This document shows positions 1 to 9,386 of a stretch of 57,075 bases of DNA, in pieces. Within the stretch, counting starts at the first letter, position 1. Each line of letters opens with the position of its first letter. Source of the stretch: a virus (lineage: Duplodnaviria; Caudoviricetes); IMG/VR virus record IMGVR_UViG_3300030382_001515, positions 1-57,075 of that record; one strand, 5' to 3'. Made by a program: the position numbers and the translations under genes. The notes under the pieces are model-generated. The model was given only the letters and a program-made list of their open reading frames with translations. It made no database searches and was not told the DNA's origin.

Positions 1-255
1 GGTCATAGTCTTGTGTGTAGAGAAAAGGGTTGGACTCCTAGCCCATCTTTAGATAAACTAAGGAAAGCAACAATTAATTGGGTTCTTCAACCTTTAGGAG
101 ATTCAGAGGATCGCTATCTAAACAAAAAGTTTTGGTTAGATCAAAGTGATAATCTCATGTATCGTGGTAAGGCTGAAGGCTTAGCTGATACTAGGAGAGC
201 TAGGGTTCCTGCTTTCTTTGAAACCTCTAATAGTGATTTACCGAGTTACGCATAA
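1..255 (+). CDS. nrdB: Ribonucleotide reductase class I beta subunit, 3' part (5'-truncated by window edge)
   Basis: Translation matches the C-terminus of the full 242-aa ORF at 43185-43913 apart from one R/K change. Confidence 0.85.
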   Translation, partial: GHSLVCREKGWTPSPSLDKLRKATINWVLQPLGDSEDRYLNKKFWLDQSDNLMYRGKAEGLADTRRARVPAFFETSNSDLPSYA

Positions 256-947
256 TGGGTTGGTGGAATAAAGTTTGGAAAACAGTTACTGCCCCAGTTA
301 GGGCAGTTGCAAACGTCGTTAAAGATGTAACTAAAACTGTTGTAAACGTAGCTAAAGATGTAGTAGATAAAACTGTAGATATAGCTAAAGATGTTGTAGA
401 TACAACTGTAAAAGTTGGTGAAAACATAGTTAGAGGCGTTAAAGATGTAGGTAAAGGTATTGCTCGTGTAACTAATGAAGTAGTTGAAACTATATCAGGT
501 GCTAAAGAGCGTAGAAAAGCTAGAGAAGATTTAGCTAGAGCAGAGGCAGAACAAAGAGAAGCTCAAGAAGCTTATGACGCAGAAACTAAAAGAATAGAAG
601 CAGATTTAGCAGAGCAAAAGCGTTTATCTCAAACAGCTCAAGCAGAACAAGATGCTGCTCAAGCTGAAGCAACTCGTATAGAACAAGAAACACAAGAGAA
701 AACACGTATAGCTGCGCTTGAATCTAAAAGAATTTCAGCTTCGTCTACAGTACAAGCGAGAATTACAGAAGCTAGAGAGTTAGCTGCACAAAGAGAGGCA
801 GCTTTAGCTGCTGAACTTGAAGTACCAAAAGAAGAAGGTGATGTTTCTCAACCAACTATCACGAGAACACCTATTTCAACACCGTCTCCTGGGGGTTATG
901 GTGGTACTGATCCTGGTGCTATTAACCCAACTGGTTTGAATATATGA
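255..947 (+). CDS. Putative virion-associated protein (V/K/D amphipathic repeats, coiled coil, C-terminal GLNI)
   Basis: 230-aa ORF coupled to nrdB (TAATG); homolog at 43913-44608; lies before the portal like T7 gp6.7/gp7.3. Confidence 0.7.
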   Translation: MGWWNKVWKTVTAPVRAVANVVKDVTKTVVNVAKDVVDKTVDIAKDVVDTTVKVGENIVRGVKDVGKGIARVTNEVVETISGAKERRKAREDLARAEAEQREAQEAYDAETKRIEADLAEQKRLSQTAQAEQDAAQAEATRIEQETQEKTRIAALESKRISASSTVQARITEARELAAQREAALAAELEVPKEEGDVSQPTITRTPISTPSPGGYGGTDPGAINPTGLNI

Positions 948-1117
948 TTCCTACTATTGATGATCAATTAATAGCATATTTAGAGGAGGTCTATCCAGAT
1001 AAGGCTCCAGATATTAGTATGGAAGAGAAACAAATATGGTTTAATGCTGGACAAGTGGCGGTTGTACGTCATTTGAAGGATCAGTTTAGACTACAAGAAG
1101 AAACTAAGTACAACTAA
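944..1117 (+). CDS. Conserved hypothetical protein, 57 aa (MIPTIDDQLIAYLEEVYPDKAPD...), absent from ORF track
   Basis: ATGA overlap with upstream gene; same length and near-identical at 44605-44778. Confidence 0.85.
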   Translation: MIPTIDDQLIAYLEEVYPDKAPDISMEEKQIWFNAGQVAVVRHLKDQFRLQEETKYN

Positions 1118-1120
1118 AAT

Positions 1121-1630
1121 ATGGCAGAACCTGTATCAACCACCGCTATTCTTATTGGTTCAGCCATAGTTGGTGGAGCCACAATATATTCAGCACAAAA
1201 GCAAGCTGCTGCTGCTAGAAGAGCTGCTAAACAAGCGAGAGAGAACGCTAAACAAGCGAGAGAGCAATCTGATAAAGAGATTGCACAGATGCAGTCTCAA
1301 TCTAGACAGAATAAATTACAGTTTGAAACTAATTTAGCGGAAACTCGACGGCGAACCCAGTTATCTGTTGATCAAGCTAATCAAGCACAGCAATCTGCTG
1401 TTAAACAGATTAATCAACAAAGAGCTGCTTCTCGACTAGCTATTCAACAGTCAAACTTACAAGCTAGAATCCAACAACAAGCTCAAGCAGCGAACGTTGG
1501 TAGGAAATCTAGAAAGAGAGTTGGTACACCTAGATCTCTAAGGACTAAGATTGAAACTGGTTCTGCTTTAGCTATGGGAGGAGGTACTGGTGGTACGTCA
1601 CAAACAGGGACTGGTGGATTGAATGTCTAG
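1121..1630 (+). CDS. Putative tail assembly/virion protein (T7 gp7.3-like position)
   Basis: Hydrophobic N-terminus, Q/A-rich coiled coil, basic patch, Gly-rich GGLNV end; directly upstream of portal. Confidence 0.65.
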   Translation: MAEPVSTTAILIGSAIVGGATIYSAQKQAAAARRAAKQARENAKQAREQSDKEIAQMQSQSRQNKLQFETNLAETRRRTQLSVDQANQAQQSAVKQINQQRAASRLAIQQSNLQARIQQQAQAANVGRKSRKRVGTPRSLRTKIETGSALAMGGGTGGTSQTGTGGLNV

Positions 1631-3215
1631 CACAACAGCTCAAGCTCTCTACTCTTTTTTAGAGGCAGAGAAGAATATTTATTTGGATAGGGCTATTGAG
1701 TGTAGTAAATACACTCTTCCTACACTTGTTACTGATGCTGATAGAAGCAGCGGTAAGAATCTATACACAAAAGTTAACACTACTTATCAGGGGCTGGGTG
1801 CTAGGGGTGTTAATAACTTAGCAAGTAAGCTTTTAATTGCTCTTTTACCTCCAAACCAAGCTTTTTTTAGGTTATCTGTAGATGATATGAAGCTCCAACA
1901 GGAGCTAGATAACTATAAAGAAGTTCAATCTGAATTTGATCAACAGCTGTCTCTCATGGAGAGATCAGTAATGAGAGATATAGAGGAGTCAGGAGATAGG
2001 ACTGCTCTATTTGAAGCTCTTAAGCACCTCATTGTTAGTGGTAACGCAGTATTATATGTAGCTGAAAACGGCACTAGAGTTTATCCTCTTAAATCTTTCT
2101 GTGTAAAAAGAGATCCAGAAGGAAACGTTTTAGAAATTGTTATTAGAGAAGAAGTTAGTACAGATGTTTTACCTGAAGGTTCAGCTCCTAAAAATTCAGA
2201 TGGTAAGTTTACAGATCAAACTACTTTCTTATTTACTCACGTTAAATGGGACTATAAATCTAGTAAGTGTGTTTGGTATCAAGAAGTATATGGTAAAAGA
2301 GTAGGTAAAGAGGGCTCCTCTCCTATGGATAAGTGCCCGTTCATAGTGTTAAGACTTTTCCGAGTAGCTCATGAAGCCTATGGGCGTAGCTTCTGCGAAG
2401 ACCTATTAGGAGATCTTAAATCTTTAGAGTATCTCTCAAAAGCAATTGTAGAAGGTTCAGCAGCTGCGGCTAAGATAATTTTCTTATGTAACCCAAATGG
2501 AACTACAAGACCCGATGCGTTGGCTAGAGCTAGCAATGGTTCTATTGTGGCTGGCAATCCTAATGATGTAGCACCGCTACAAATGAATAAACAGGCAGAC
2601 CTCACGGTTGCCTTGAATACTATTGCTCGTATAGAACAACGACTTAGTTTTGCTTTCTTATTGAATAGTGCCATCCAAGCTGGTACTCAAGGACGTGACC
2701 GCGTCACCGCGGAAGAGATCAGAATGGTTGCACAGGAATTGGAGACAGGATTAGGTGGAGTTTATTCCATACTTTCTGTAGAACTACAGCTTCCAATGGT
2801 TAGACGCAAGATGGCAATGATGGAACGTCAAGGTAGATTACCCAAATTACCGAAGAACGTAGTGAAGCCTCGTATTACGACAGGTCTGGATGCTCTTGGT
2901 AGGGGTAACGATAAAGCTAAACTAATTGAATTTATTACAACCCTAGCTCAGACCTTAGGTCCTGAGACTATGACTAAGTTTGTTAATAACCGAGAGATGA
3001 TAACAAGACTGGCTGCTTCTGATGGTTTAGATACTTATAAACTTATCAAATCAGAAGAAGACTTAATGGCAGAAGAGCAACAACAAGCTATGATGATGCA
3101 ACAGCAAGCTCAAGGACAGGACCCACAAAATGATCCTGCAAAACAAGCCGCCCTCATCAAAGCAGAAAATGACTCAGTCAGGACCCAACAAGAAGTCGCA
3201 ACCGCCCAAGGCTAA
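1623..3215 (+). CDS. Head-tail connector (portal), T7 gp8-like
   Basis: 530 aa; YQGLGARGVNNLASKL and RVTAEEIR...ELE..LGGVYS motifs typical of T7-like portals. Confidence 0.95.
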   Translation: MSSTTAQALYSFLEAEKNIYLDRAIECSKYTLPTLVTDADRSSGKNLYTKVNTTYQGLGARGVNNLASKLLIALLPPNQAFFRLSVDDMKLQQELDNYKEVQSEFDQQLSLMERSVMRDIEESGDRTALFEALKHLIVSGNAVLYVAENGTRVYPLKSFCVKRDPEGNVLEIVIREEVSTDVLPEGSAPKNSDGKFTDQTTFLFTHVKWDYKSSKCVWYQEVYGKRVGKEGSSPMDKCPFIVLRLFRVAHEAYGRSFCEDLLGDLKSLEYLSKAIVEGSAAAAKIIFLCNPNGTTRPDALARASNGSIVAGNPNDVAPLQMNKQADLTVALNTIARIEQRLSFAFLLNSAIQAGTQGRDRVTAEEIRMVAQELETGLGGVYSILSVELQLPMVRRKMAMMERQGRLPKLPKNVVKPRITTGLDALGRGNDKAKLIEFITTLAQTLGPETMTKFVNNREMITRLAASDGLDTYKLIKSEEDLMAEEQQQAMMMQQQAQGQDPQNDPAKQAALIKAENDSVRTQQEVATAQG

Positions 3216-3393
3216 GGTTGTAATCTCAGAACCAGTAGACATAGCTCCTCCTAAAAAGGAACTGACTGAGATGGATCTTCGTATTGAAGAGCTTAAGGAA
3301 AAAAGCCCTCAAGTTTATGAAGAGTATGTCAACGCTATTAAAAGTAAGAAACGTGCCACAATAGGTCCTGATCTATCTTTACGTGTTGGTTAA
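3169..3393 (+). CDS. Hypothetical protein overlapping the portal 3' end (alternative start 3130)
   Basis: Conserved in copy B (46787-47059), both ending KRATIGPDLSLRVG; fills the portal-scaffold gap. Confidence 0.7.
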   Translation: MTQSGPNKKSQPPKAKVVISEPVDIAPPKKELTEMDLRIEELKEKSPQVYEEYVNAIKSKKRATIGPDLSLRVG

Positions 3394-3396
3394 ACT

Positions 3397-4038
3397 ATGG
3401 AACTGAATACAGCTGAGGCTACTCAGGAGACTGGTCCGTATAGTGAAGCAGATCAGCAAGTACTTCAACAAGAAGAAGGTGAAGGTCAACAACAGGAACA
3501 ACAACCATCTGAGGATCTTATTGGTGGCAAATTTAAAAGTGCTGACGATCTTCTCGAAGCTTACCAGGCGCTTGAGAAGAAACTTGGAGAGCGTTCGGGC
3601 TACCAACAAGCTGATGGAGAAGAGGAGGTTCAGGAGACAGAGGCGGATAAACCTCAAGAGACCCCTGTTTTAGGTAAAGAAGATGAGGATGCAATCCTTG
3701 AAAGTATCGGGGGTGAAGAGAGTTTTAAAAGGATTCAGGAATGGGCTAAAGGCTCGTTAAATGAAGATGAGCTTGAGGCTTACAATAGAGAGGTAGGTAG
3801 TGGTGATTATTTCAGAGCTCGTAATGCCCTTCATTCAATGACGTATGCTTATCGCGAAAGTAATGGCTCTGAACCAGAATTGATAGGAGGCAAGCTTTCA
3901 TCTCGTACTAGCGATGTATTTAGATCTAATCAAGAAGTTGTAGCTGCTATGAGTGATCCTCGTTACTTAAGTGATGATGCTTATACCAAAGATGTTGAGG
4001 AGAAGCTCAACCGTAGTGACGTATTAGTACCTAATTAA
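3397..4038 (+). CDS. Capsid assembly scaffolding protein, T7 gp9-like
   Basis: Acidic; GGKFKSADDLLEAYQALEKKLG and AMSDPRY..D.AY..DVEEKL motifs; between portal and capsid. Confidence 0.9.
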   Translation: MELNTAEATQETGPYSEADQQVLQQEEGEGQQQEQQPSEDLIGGKFKSADDLLEAYQALEKKLGERSGYQQADGEEEVQETEADKPQETPVLGKEDEDAILESIGGEESFKRIQEWAKGSLNEDELEAYNREVGSGDYFRARNALHSMTYAYRESNGSEPELIGGKLSSRTSDVFRSNQEVVAAMSDPRYLSDDAYTKDVEEKLNRSDVLVPN

Positions 4039-4065
4039 GCTATTATTAAGGTAGCTTATGTAAAA

Positions 4066-4094
4066 ATTGTTGCCTCTGAGGAGATAACAGCAGT
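4066..4094 (+). promoter_or_regulatory. Conserved stem-loop in the major capsid leader
   Basis: ATTGTTGCCTCTGAGGAGATAACAGCAGT identical at 47746-47774 although flanks differ; can fold ATTGTTG/CAGCAGT plus CTC/GAG. Confidence 0.6.
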
Positions 4095-4132
4095 AGAAGC
4101 GTGAGCGTTTTTTACATTTAATCTTTAAATCG

Positions 4133-5545
4133 ATGCCAGATTTTTCGAGCATCTCCAGGTTAGGTGGTATTAACGGCGTTCAGTATAACGCTGGTAGTGC
4201 TGCTGGTAACTACGAAAAGGAGAATGCTAATTTTATGAAGTTGTTTGCGGGGGAAGTACTTACAGTCTTCAATCGTGAAACAATTTTCAAAGATCTAACC
4301 CAAAAGCGTACCATATCATCGGGAAAATCCGCAGAATTTCCAATTACGGGTCGTTTTTCTAGCCGCTACCATCGTCCAGGCGATTGGATAACAGGTCAGG
4401 GAAACAAAGGGATGACAGGATCCAAGATTGTAACGATCGACGATCTACTTATCGCTGATGCTTCAATCTATGACCTTGATGAGGCCAAGCTTCATTGGGA
4501 CGTTAGATCAATCTACAGTAAGGAATTAGGTAGGGCTTTATCAAGGGCCTATGACCAGCGTCTAGTCCGTACACTTCAAACAGCTTCCGAGTCTGATGGA
4601 CGTGTTAAGGACTGGGATTCTAAGAGATTCCAAATCGCAGGTGGTACGTATGCTTCTGTAAGTACAAACACAGTTACTCTTTCTGCTAACTTCGCAACAG
4701 CTGAGCTTTCATACTGGGCTGTAGGTGAAGTGGTATATGGTGAGGACTCAGGTGCTTACGCTGTTATCACTACTGCTCCTACTAACGGTGCTGCAACCTT
4801 TGTTATTAACCCAATCGGTTCTATCGGTACTGGTACTAATGCAGGGTTCAAAGTTGGAGAACGTCTATTCGTTCTAAACGCACTACCAGGCGGAACAGCA
4901 ATTACAACCTCAACTCTTAACGCAACTAGAGCAACTAGAGGCGATGAGATTGTTGAGTACTTCTACCAGGCTTGCCAAGCTCTAGATGAGAAAGATGCCC
5001 CTCGCGATGGTCGTGTCGCAGTGGTTGGACCAGGCGCATACTATGACTTGATTGCTTCTTCAAGGGCTATCAACACTGACTGGAACTCCGGCGGTGGTGA
5101 GAACGGCTCCTTCAAAGGTAATAGAGTTCTTAGTGTTGCTGGTTTCGACATCAAGGTATCTAATCACCTTGGTGACAACGCTTACAACTCAGCTCGTCAG
5201 GGCTATGTTGGACAAGCTAACCAAGCTGCTACAACTCGTGGTGAGCGTCCTAACTACATCAATGGTAAGGATGGTTCCGACGGAACTGCAGCATCAGGTA
5301 CTAACGACTACTGGCAGGATGAGCAAGGTAATACCTCAAGTGTTGCTAACTTGTTTGCTCTATGCTTCACAAAAGAAGCAGTCGGTACAGTCGCTCTCAA
5401 GGATCTGAGTATGCAGATGACTGGTTCTGAGTACAAAGCAATGACTCAGAGCACCATGATGGTTGCTTCCTACGCTGTTGGACACGGTATACTCCGTCCC
5501 GACTGCTGCGTTAGCATCAAGCATGACGGTACAAACCGCTGGTAA
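4133..5545 (+). CDS. Major capsid protein, T7 gp10-like, with inserted domain
   Basis: KLFAGEVLTVF, RTISSGKSAEFP, TIDDLL, YSKELGRAL and YAVGHGILRP motifs; 470 aa. Confidence 0.95.
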   Translation: MPDFSSISRLGGINGVQYNAGSAAGNYEKENANFMKLFAGEVLTVFNRETIFKDLTQKRTISSGKSAEFPITGRFSSRYHRPGDWITGQGNKGMTGSKIVTIDDLLIADASIYDLDEAKLHWDVRSIYSKELGRALSRAYDQRLVRTLQTASESDGRVKDWDSKRFQIAGGTYASVSTNTVTLSANFATAELSYWAVGEVVYGEDSGAYAVITTAPTNGAATFVINPIGSIGTGTNAGFKVGERLFVLNALPGGTAITTSTLNATRATRGDEIVEYFYQACQALDEKDAPRDGRVAVVGPGAYYDLIASSRAINTDWNSGGGENGSFKGNRVLSVAGFDIKVSNHLGDNAYNSARQGYVGQANQAATTRGERPNYINGKDGSDGTAASGTNDYWQDEQGNTSSVANLFALCFTKEAVGTVALKDLSMQMTGSEYKAMTQSTMMVASYAVGHGILRPDCCVSIKHDGTNRW

Positions 5546-5570
5546 TTAATCTCTTAATTACGAATACAAT

Positions 5571-5598
5571 AAGGGGAGGCGTAAAGTTTCCCCTTTTT
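5571..5598 (+). terminator. Intrinsic terminator after capsid gene (T-phi position)
   Basis: AAGGGGAGGC-gtaaa-GTTTCCCCTT then T run; conserved at 49256-49282. Confidence 0.8.
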
Positions 5599-5607
5599 GT
5601 TTAAATA

Positions 5608-6246
5608 ATGGCAACTACAAAACTACAAGCAGTTAATACACTTCTTTCCATCATTGGGGAAGCACCTGTCAATTCTTTGGTTCCTCCTTTAACTGGAGAT
5701 ACAAGTCTTGCAGACAGTGTACTTGATGAAATAAGTAAAGAGATCCAAGGTGAAGGTTGGTCTTGGAACACAATGTTATACGATCAAATTCCTTTAGATA
5801 CTAATGGGCATAGTTCTCTTCCTAGTAATACTCTTGCTATAAGGTTTAATCCAGTTTCATATCCTTCCCAACGGTTTGTATTAAGGGGTGTTAAACTTTT
5901 TGATCGAGTTAGAAATACTTATGACTTAAGAGGAAGTCTTGGAGTAGCTTTAACAGGTACTACTCAAAGTGATTTAGTTGCTGAAGTTGTTGAGGAACTT
6001 GCTTGGGATGATGTACCTGAGACTGGTAAAAGATATATAATGATCCGATCTGGAAGAATATTCTCTAATAGAGCTATAACTTCAACTAGCATAGAAGCTT
6101 ACACCCAAGAAGATGAGGAGAACGCTCGTCAAATTCTGAAGCGTACAGAAGATATGGCTCAGAATAATAACTTCATTAGTGGTCCTGATGATTTATATGA
6201 TGGACGGGTAATGACTGTCTTTGGTCCTGATATCCTTAACCGCTAA
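5608..6246 (+). CDS. Tail tubular protein A (adaptor), T7 gp11-like
   Basis: AVNTLLSIIGEAPV and EIQGEGWSWN motifs; follows capsid gene. Confidence 0.92.
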   Translation: MATTKLQAVNTLLSIIGEAPVNSLVPPLTGDTSLADSVLDEISKEIQGEGWSWNTMLYDQIPLDTNGHSSLPSNTLAIRFNPVSYPSQRFVLRGVKLFDRVRNTYDLRGSLGVALTGTTQSDLVAEVVEELAWDDVPETGKRYIMIRSGRIFSNRAITSTSIEAYTQEDEENARQILKRTEDMAQNNNFISGPDDLYDGRVMTVFGPDILNR

Positions 6247-9200
6247 TGTCTAAAGAAATTTTTAGTCAGATAATTGGTCCACTTAATAAAGGAGTGAACC
6301 AACAGGCAGATAGCTTTGTACTTCCAGGTTTTGCTAAGACTCTTGAGAACGCTAACTGTGATCTTGTAGAAGGTCTTAAGAAGAGACTAGGGTCTGTACC
6401 TCTTAAACAAGTAGATACTCTTACTAAGAATGCAGGTGGTAATACCTTAGTAGGAACTATTAAGTGGGATGAAGCTTGGGTTTATGTTTACAACAGGAGT
6501 ACCGATGAAAGGTTCATACTTATTATTGCTGATGACAGCAGGACTGTTACTAAAACTGTTACTACTGTCAATAACTCTGCGGTGGTTACTGTAAGTTCAG
6601 GCGGTGTAACTGATTTATTCGTTGGCTCAGAAGTAAGTGGTACTAACATTCCTAGTGGATCAAAAATTGTTGAGATTGGTGCAACCACCTTTACTCTGGA
6701 TAAGAACGCAACAGCAGCAGGTTCTAGTATTACTGCCACTATTGAATCTAACTACACATTCACTGCAGGAGTTTCTAATGTAGAACCTATTAGTGGGACA
6801 TTACCTAGTGTTGTACCAGTTGAGCAAACTTTTGCAAATATAACTAATACTAATCTTGAATATCTTAGAGGTTCAGGTAGAGCTAGAGATAGATTCAGAG
6901 CAACATCATTTCAAGATTATGTATTTATAACTAATATCCAGAAGAAGACTGCTTACGACAGTTCAGAGACTTTAACAAGATTTAATATTGGATCTATAAG
7001 CAATGTTTACCAACCTATAAAGGCTCAAGTTTGGGTCAAACTAGTTGACTACAATACACAGTATTCAGTTGATATTGAGTTAGACGACGGAGATAAGATA
7101 AACGGTCATTATATGACTCCTACTCTTACAGACTCTGCTGGTAATTCAAACATTGTCAGTTCTGCCACTATTGCAGAAAGACTAGTTACTTATACAACCA
7201 CTATTACAGGTACTACTGCTAACGGTAATGCAAATATTACCAGTGTTAGCACTACTTCAGGTACAGGAGATATTTGGAAAGTCCACGGTGGGGAACTCAT
7301 TACTGGTACAGGTATACCATCTAACACTTTTGTTAAAGAAGGAAGCGTTGATACTACAGCGGGTACTTTTACTCTTGCTAATGAAGCTGGGTCTAATGTA
7401 AACGCTACAGCTAGTGGAGCTGTAACACTAACTCTTAAGCACGGTCTTGATGATGTAGATATAAATAACAAACTTACGTTTGAAGTAAAAGACTCTCAAA
7501 TATTAATAGGCTGTGCTAGTGCTTCTAGATATATCAAAAGCTTTGTAGCTTCTGACGCTAGAGGTAACAGCTTAATGTCTGGTTACTCTAGTCAGGTTAC
7601 TTCTATTGTTGATCTTCCTACTACATCTTGGGAAGGTTACACAGTACTCGTAGCTCCAGATGGTACAGCAGATAAGAGTTCTTATTATTTGAAGTTTAAC
7701 GCTGAGAACACTACTGTTGCTGGTACTTATGGTAGAGGTACTTGGGAGGAGTCAGGAGGTTGGGGAGCTAGAGGAAAGCTAGATGACAACACAATGCCTC
7801 ACGCTTTTGTTTATTATAAAAACGATGACGGCTTAACTCGTTTTACTTTCCAACCTTTCAGTGGCAGTAACTACACAGATGGTTCTACAACTGTTGCAAT
7901 ACCTGGATGGGTTGTAAGGTTAGCAGGTGATGAAACAGAACAGCCAGGCCCATCCTTCTTAGGTTTTACTATTAGTGATCTTGTGTTCTTTAAGAACCGT
8001 TTAGGGTTCATTAGCGGAGAGAACGTAATACTCAGTGAAGCTGGTTCTTATTACAACTTCTGGCAGCAATCAGCTTTAAAGGTTATAGATAATGATCCTA
8101 TAGATTTAACTGCTGTTAGTAATGATGTAGCTGTACTTAACTACGCTCTACAGCAGCAGGATGAACTAGTACTATTTTCTAATGAGAACCAGTTCCGACT
8201 CTATTCAGGTGACAACGTAACGTTTAGTCCTGAAACAGCTTCTGTAGGTAGGATTAGTTCCATCACTATGGAAGCAAAGGTCAAACCACAGCAGGTAGGA
8301 CCTCAGGTAATTTTCCCAGTTAGAGAAGGTGACTTCACTGGGATGCACACCTTCATTACTACAGACAGAACAGTAGGAATAAACCTAGGTCAAACTGCTG
8401 TTATTACAGAGACAATACCTAAGTACATCCCTAAGAATATAGATTCTTTAGCTGTAAGTAGGACTGATCAGTACTTAGTAGCTCTTAGTGGTGATGATCC
8501 AGATGCTTTATATGTATATCAATTCTTCTGGGAAGCTACTGGTGGCTCACTAACTAACAGACAGAACGCTTGGTCTAAGTGGACATTCCCTAACAAGTCC
8601 GTACACTGGTGTGACTTTGTTGAGGGTACCCTGCTTACACTAAATAAGTACACAGAGAACAGTACTGTTAAGTATTACCTAGAAGGTATTAATGCTTCTA
8701 GACCGCCTCAAGATGAAAAGGATTTGTTCCTACTAGATAGGCAGTTATCTAGTTCTATTACTACAGACTTAGGTGTTGTAACTTTCACCTATAGCGGTCT
8801 TACCAACAAAACAACAGTTAACCTTCCCTATTACACTGTTAACCCAAGTCAATTTGCAATCATCAAAGTTGATAAAACAGATGCTAACGAGTCTGCGAAA
8901 CGCTGGATTGTGGCTGCAAGTGTTCCTGCGGGGGTTAACACTTTTGTTTGCGATAGCTTGGGAGATTTTAGTGGAGCGAACGTTTCTTGGGTCTTTGGGG
9001 AGAAAGTTGCGTTCAAGTTTACTCCGCCTCAGCTCATGCCCTATAGCAAAACTGCGACAGATAATACTTTTATTGGCAATCGTACTGGTCGCCTTCAGCT
9101 ACGATATGTGGACGTTTACTACAATGATGCAAGATACTTCACCATAGATGTAACACCAGATTTTAGAGATAAGAAAACTTACGAATTTGATAGGAGAGAT

Positions 9201-9386
9201 CCTCTTAACGCAAACATCGTGTTAAGCCAAGCATCTAATTTTGATGAAAGTAAGTTCAGAGCCTATATCCAAAGTAAGAACGACCAAGTTACAGTAGAAG
9301 TAGTAAACGACAGCATTGATCAAGCCAAGTTCGTCGCTTTAGAATGGACTGGTTTGTACTTTGATGTAGCGAGGAAGTACGGCTAA
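6246..9386 (+). CDS. Tail tubular protein B (nozzle), T7 gp12-like, with two inserted beta-rich domains
   Basis: GVNQQAD, GLKKRLG, FFKNRLGFISGENVILS, QNAWSKW and GRLQLR motifs; 1046 aa. Confidence 0.92.
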   Translation: MSKEIFSQIIGPLNKGVNQQADSFVLPGFAKTLENANCDLVEGLKKRLGSVPLKQVDTLTKNAGGNTLVGTIKWDEAWVYVYNRSTDERFILIIADDSRTVTKTVTTVNNSAVVTVSSGGVTDLFVGSEVSGTNIPSGSKIVEIGATTFTLDKNATAAGSSITATIESNYTFTAGVSNVEPISGTLPSVVPVEQTFANITNTNLEYLRGSGRARDRFRATSFQDYVFITNIQKKTAYDSSETLTRFNIGSISNVYQPIKAQVWVKLVDYNTQYSVDIELDDGDKINGHYMTPTLTDSAGNSNIVSSATIAERLVTYTTTITGTTANGNANITSVSTTSGTGDIWKVHGGELITGTGIPSNTFVKEGSVDTTAGTFTLANEAGSNVNATASGAVTLTLKHGLDDVDINNKLTFEVKDSQILIGCASASRYIKSFVASDARGNSLMSGYSSQVTSIVDLPTTSWEGYTVLVAPDGTADKSSYYLKFNAENTTVAGTYGRGTWEESGGWGARGKLDDNTMPHAFVYYKNDDGLTRFTFQPFSGSNYTDGSTTVAIPGWVVRLAGDETEQPGPSFLGFTISDLVFFKNRLGFISGENVILSEAGSYYNFWQQSALKVIDNDPIDLTAVSNDVAVLNYALQQQDELVLFSNENQFRLYSGDNVTFSPETASVGRISSITMEAKVKPQQVGPQVIFPVREGDFTGMHTFITTDRTVGINLGQTAVITETIPKYIPKNIDSLAVSRTDQYLVALSGDDPDALYVYQFFWEATGGSLTNRQNAWSKWTFPNKSVHWCDFVEGTLLTLNKYTENSTVKYYLEGINASRPPQDEKDLFLLDRQLSSSITTDLGVVTFTYSGLTNKTTVNLPYYTVNPSQFAIIKVDKTDANESAKRWIVAASVPAGVNTFVCDSLGDFSGANVSWVFGEKVAFKFTPPQLMPYSKTATDNTFIGNRTGRLQLRYVDVYYNDARYFTIDVTPDFRDKKTYEFDRRDPLNANIVLSQASNFDESKFRAYIQSKNDQVTVEVVNDSIDQAKFVALEWTGLYFDVARKYG

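Noticed and set aside
227-427. Antisense ORFs (also 2378-2674, 6488-6739, 7190-7471, 46035-46262, 50168-50422 and similar)
   Set aside because: Shadows of strongly supported plus-strand genes; recurrence in both copies follows from sense-strand conservation.
5500-5607. T7-style gp10B frameshift extension of the capsid
   Set aside because: No slippery site or extended alternative frame; stop is followed by further stops and a terminator in both copies.
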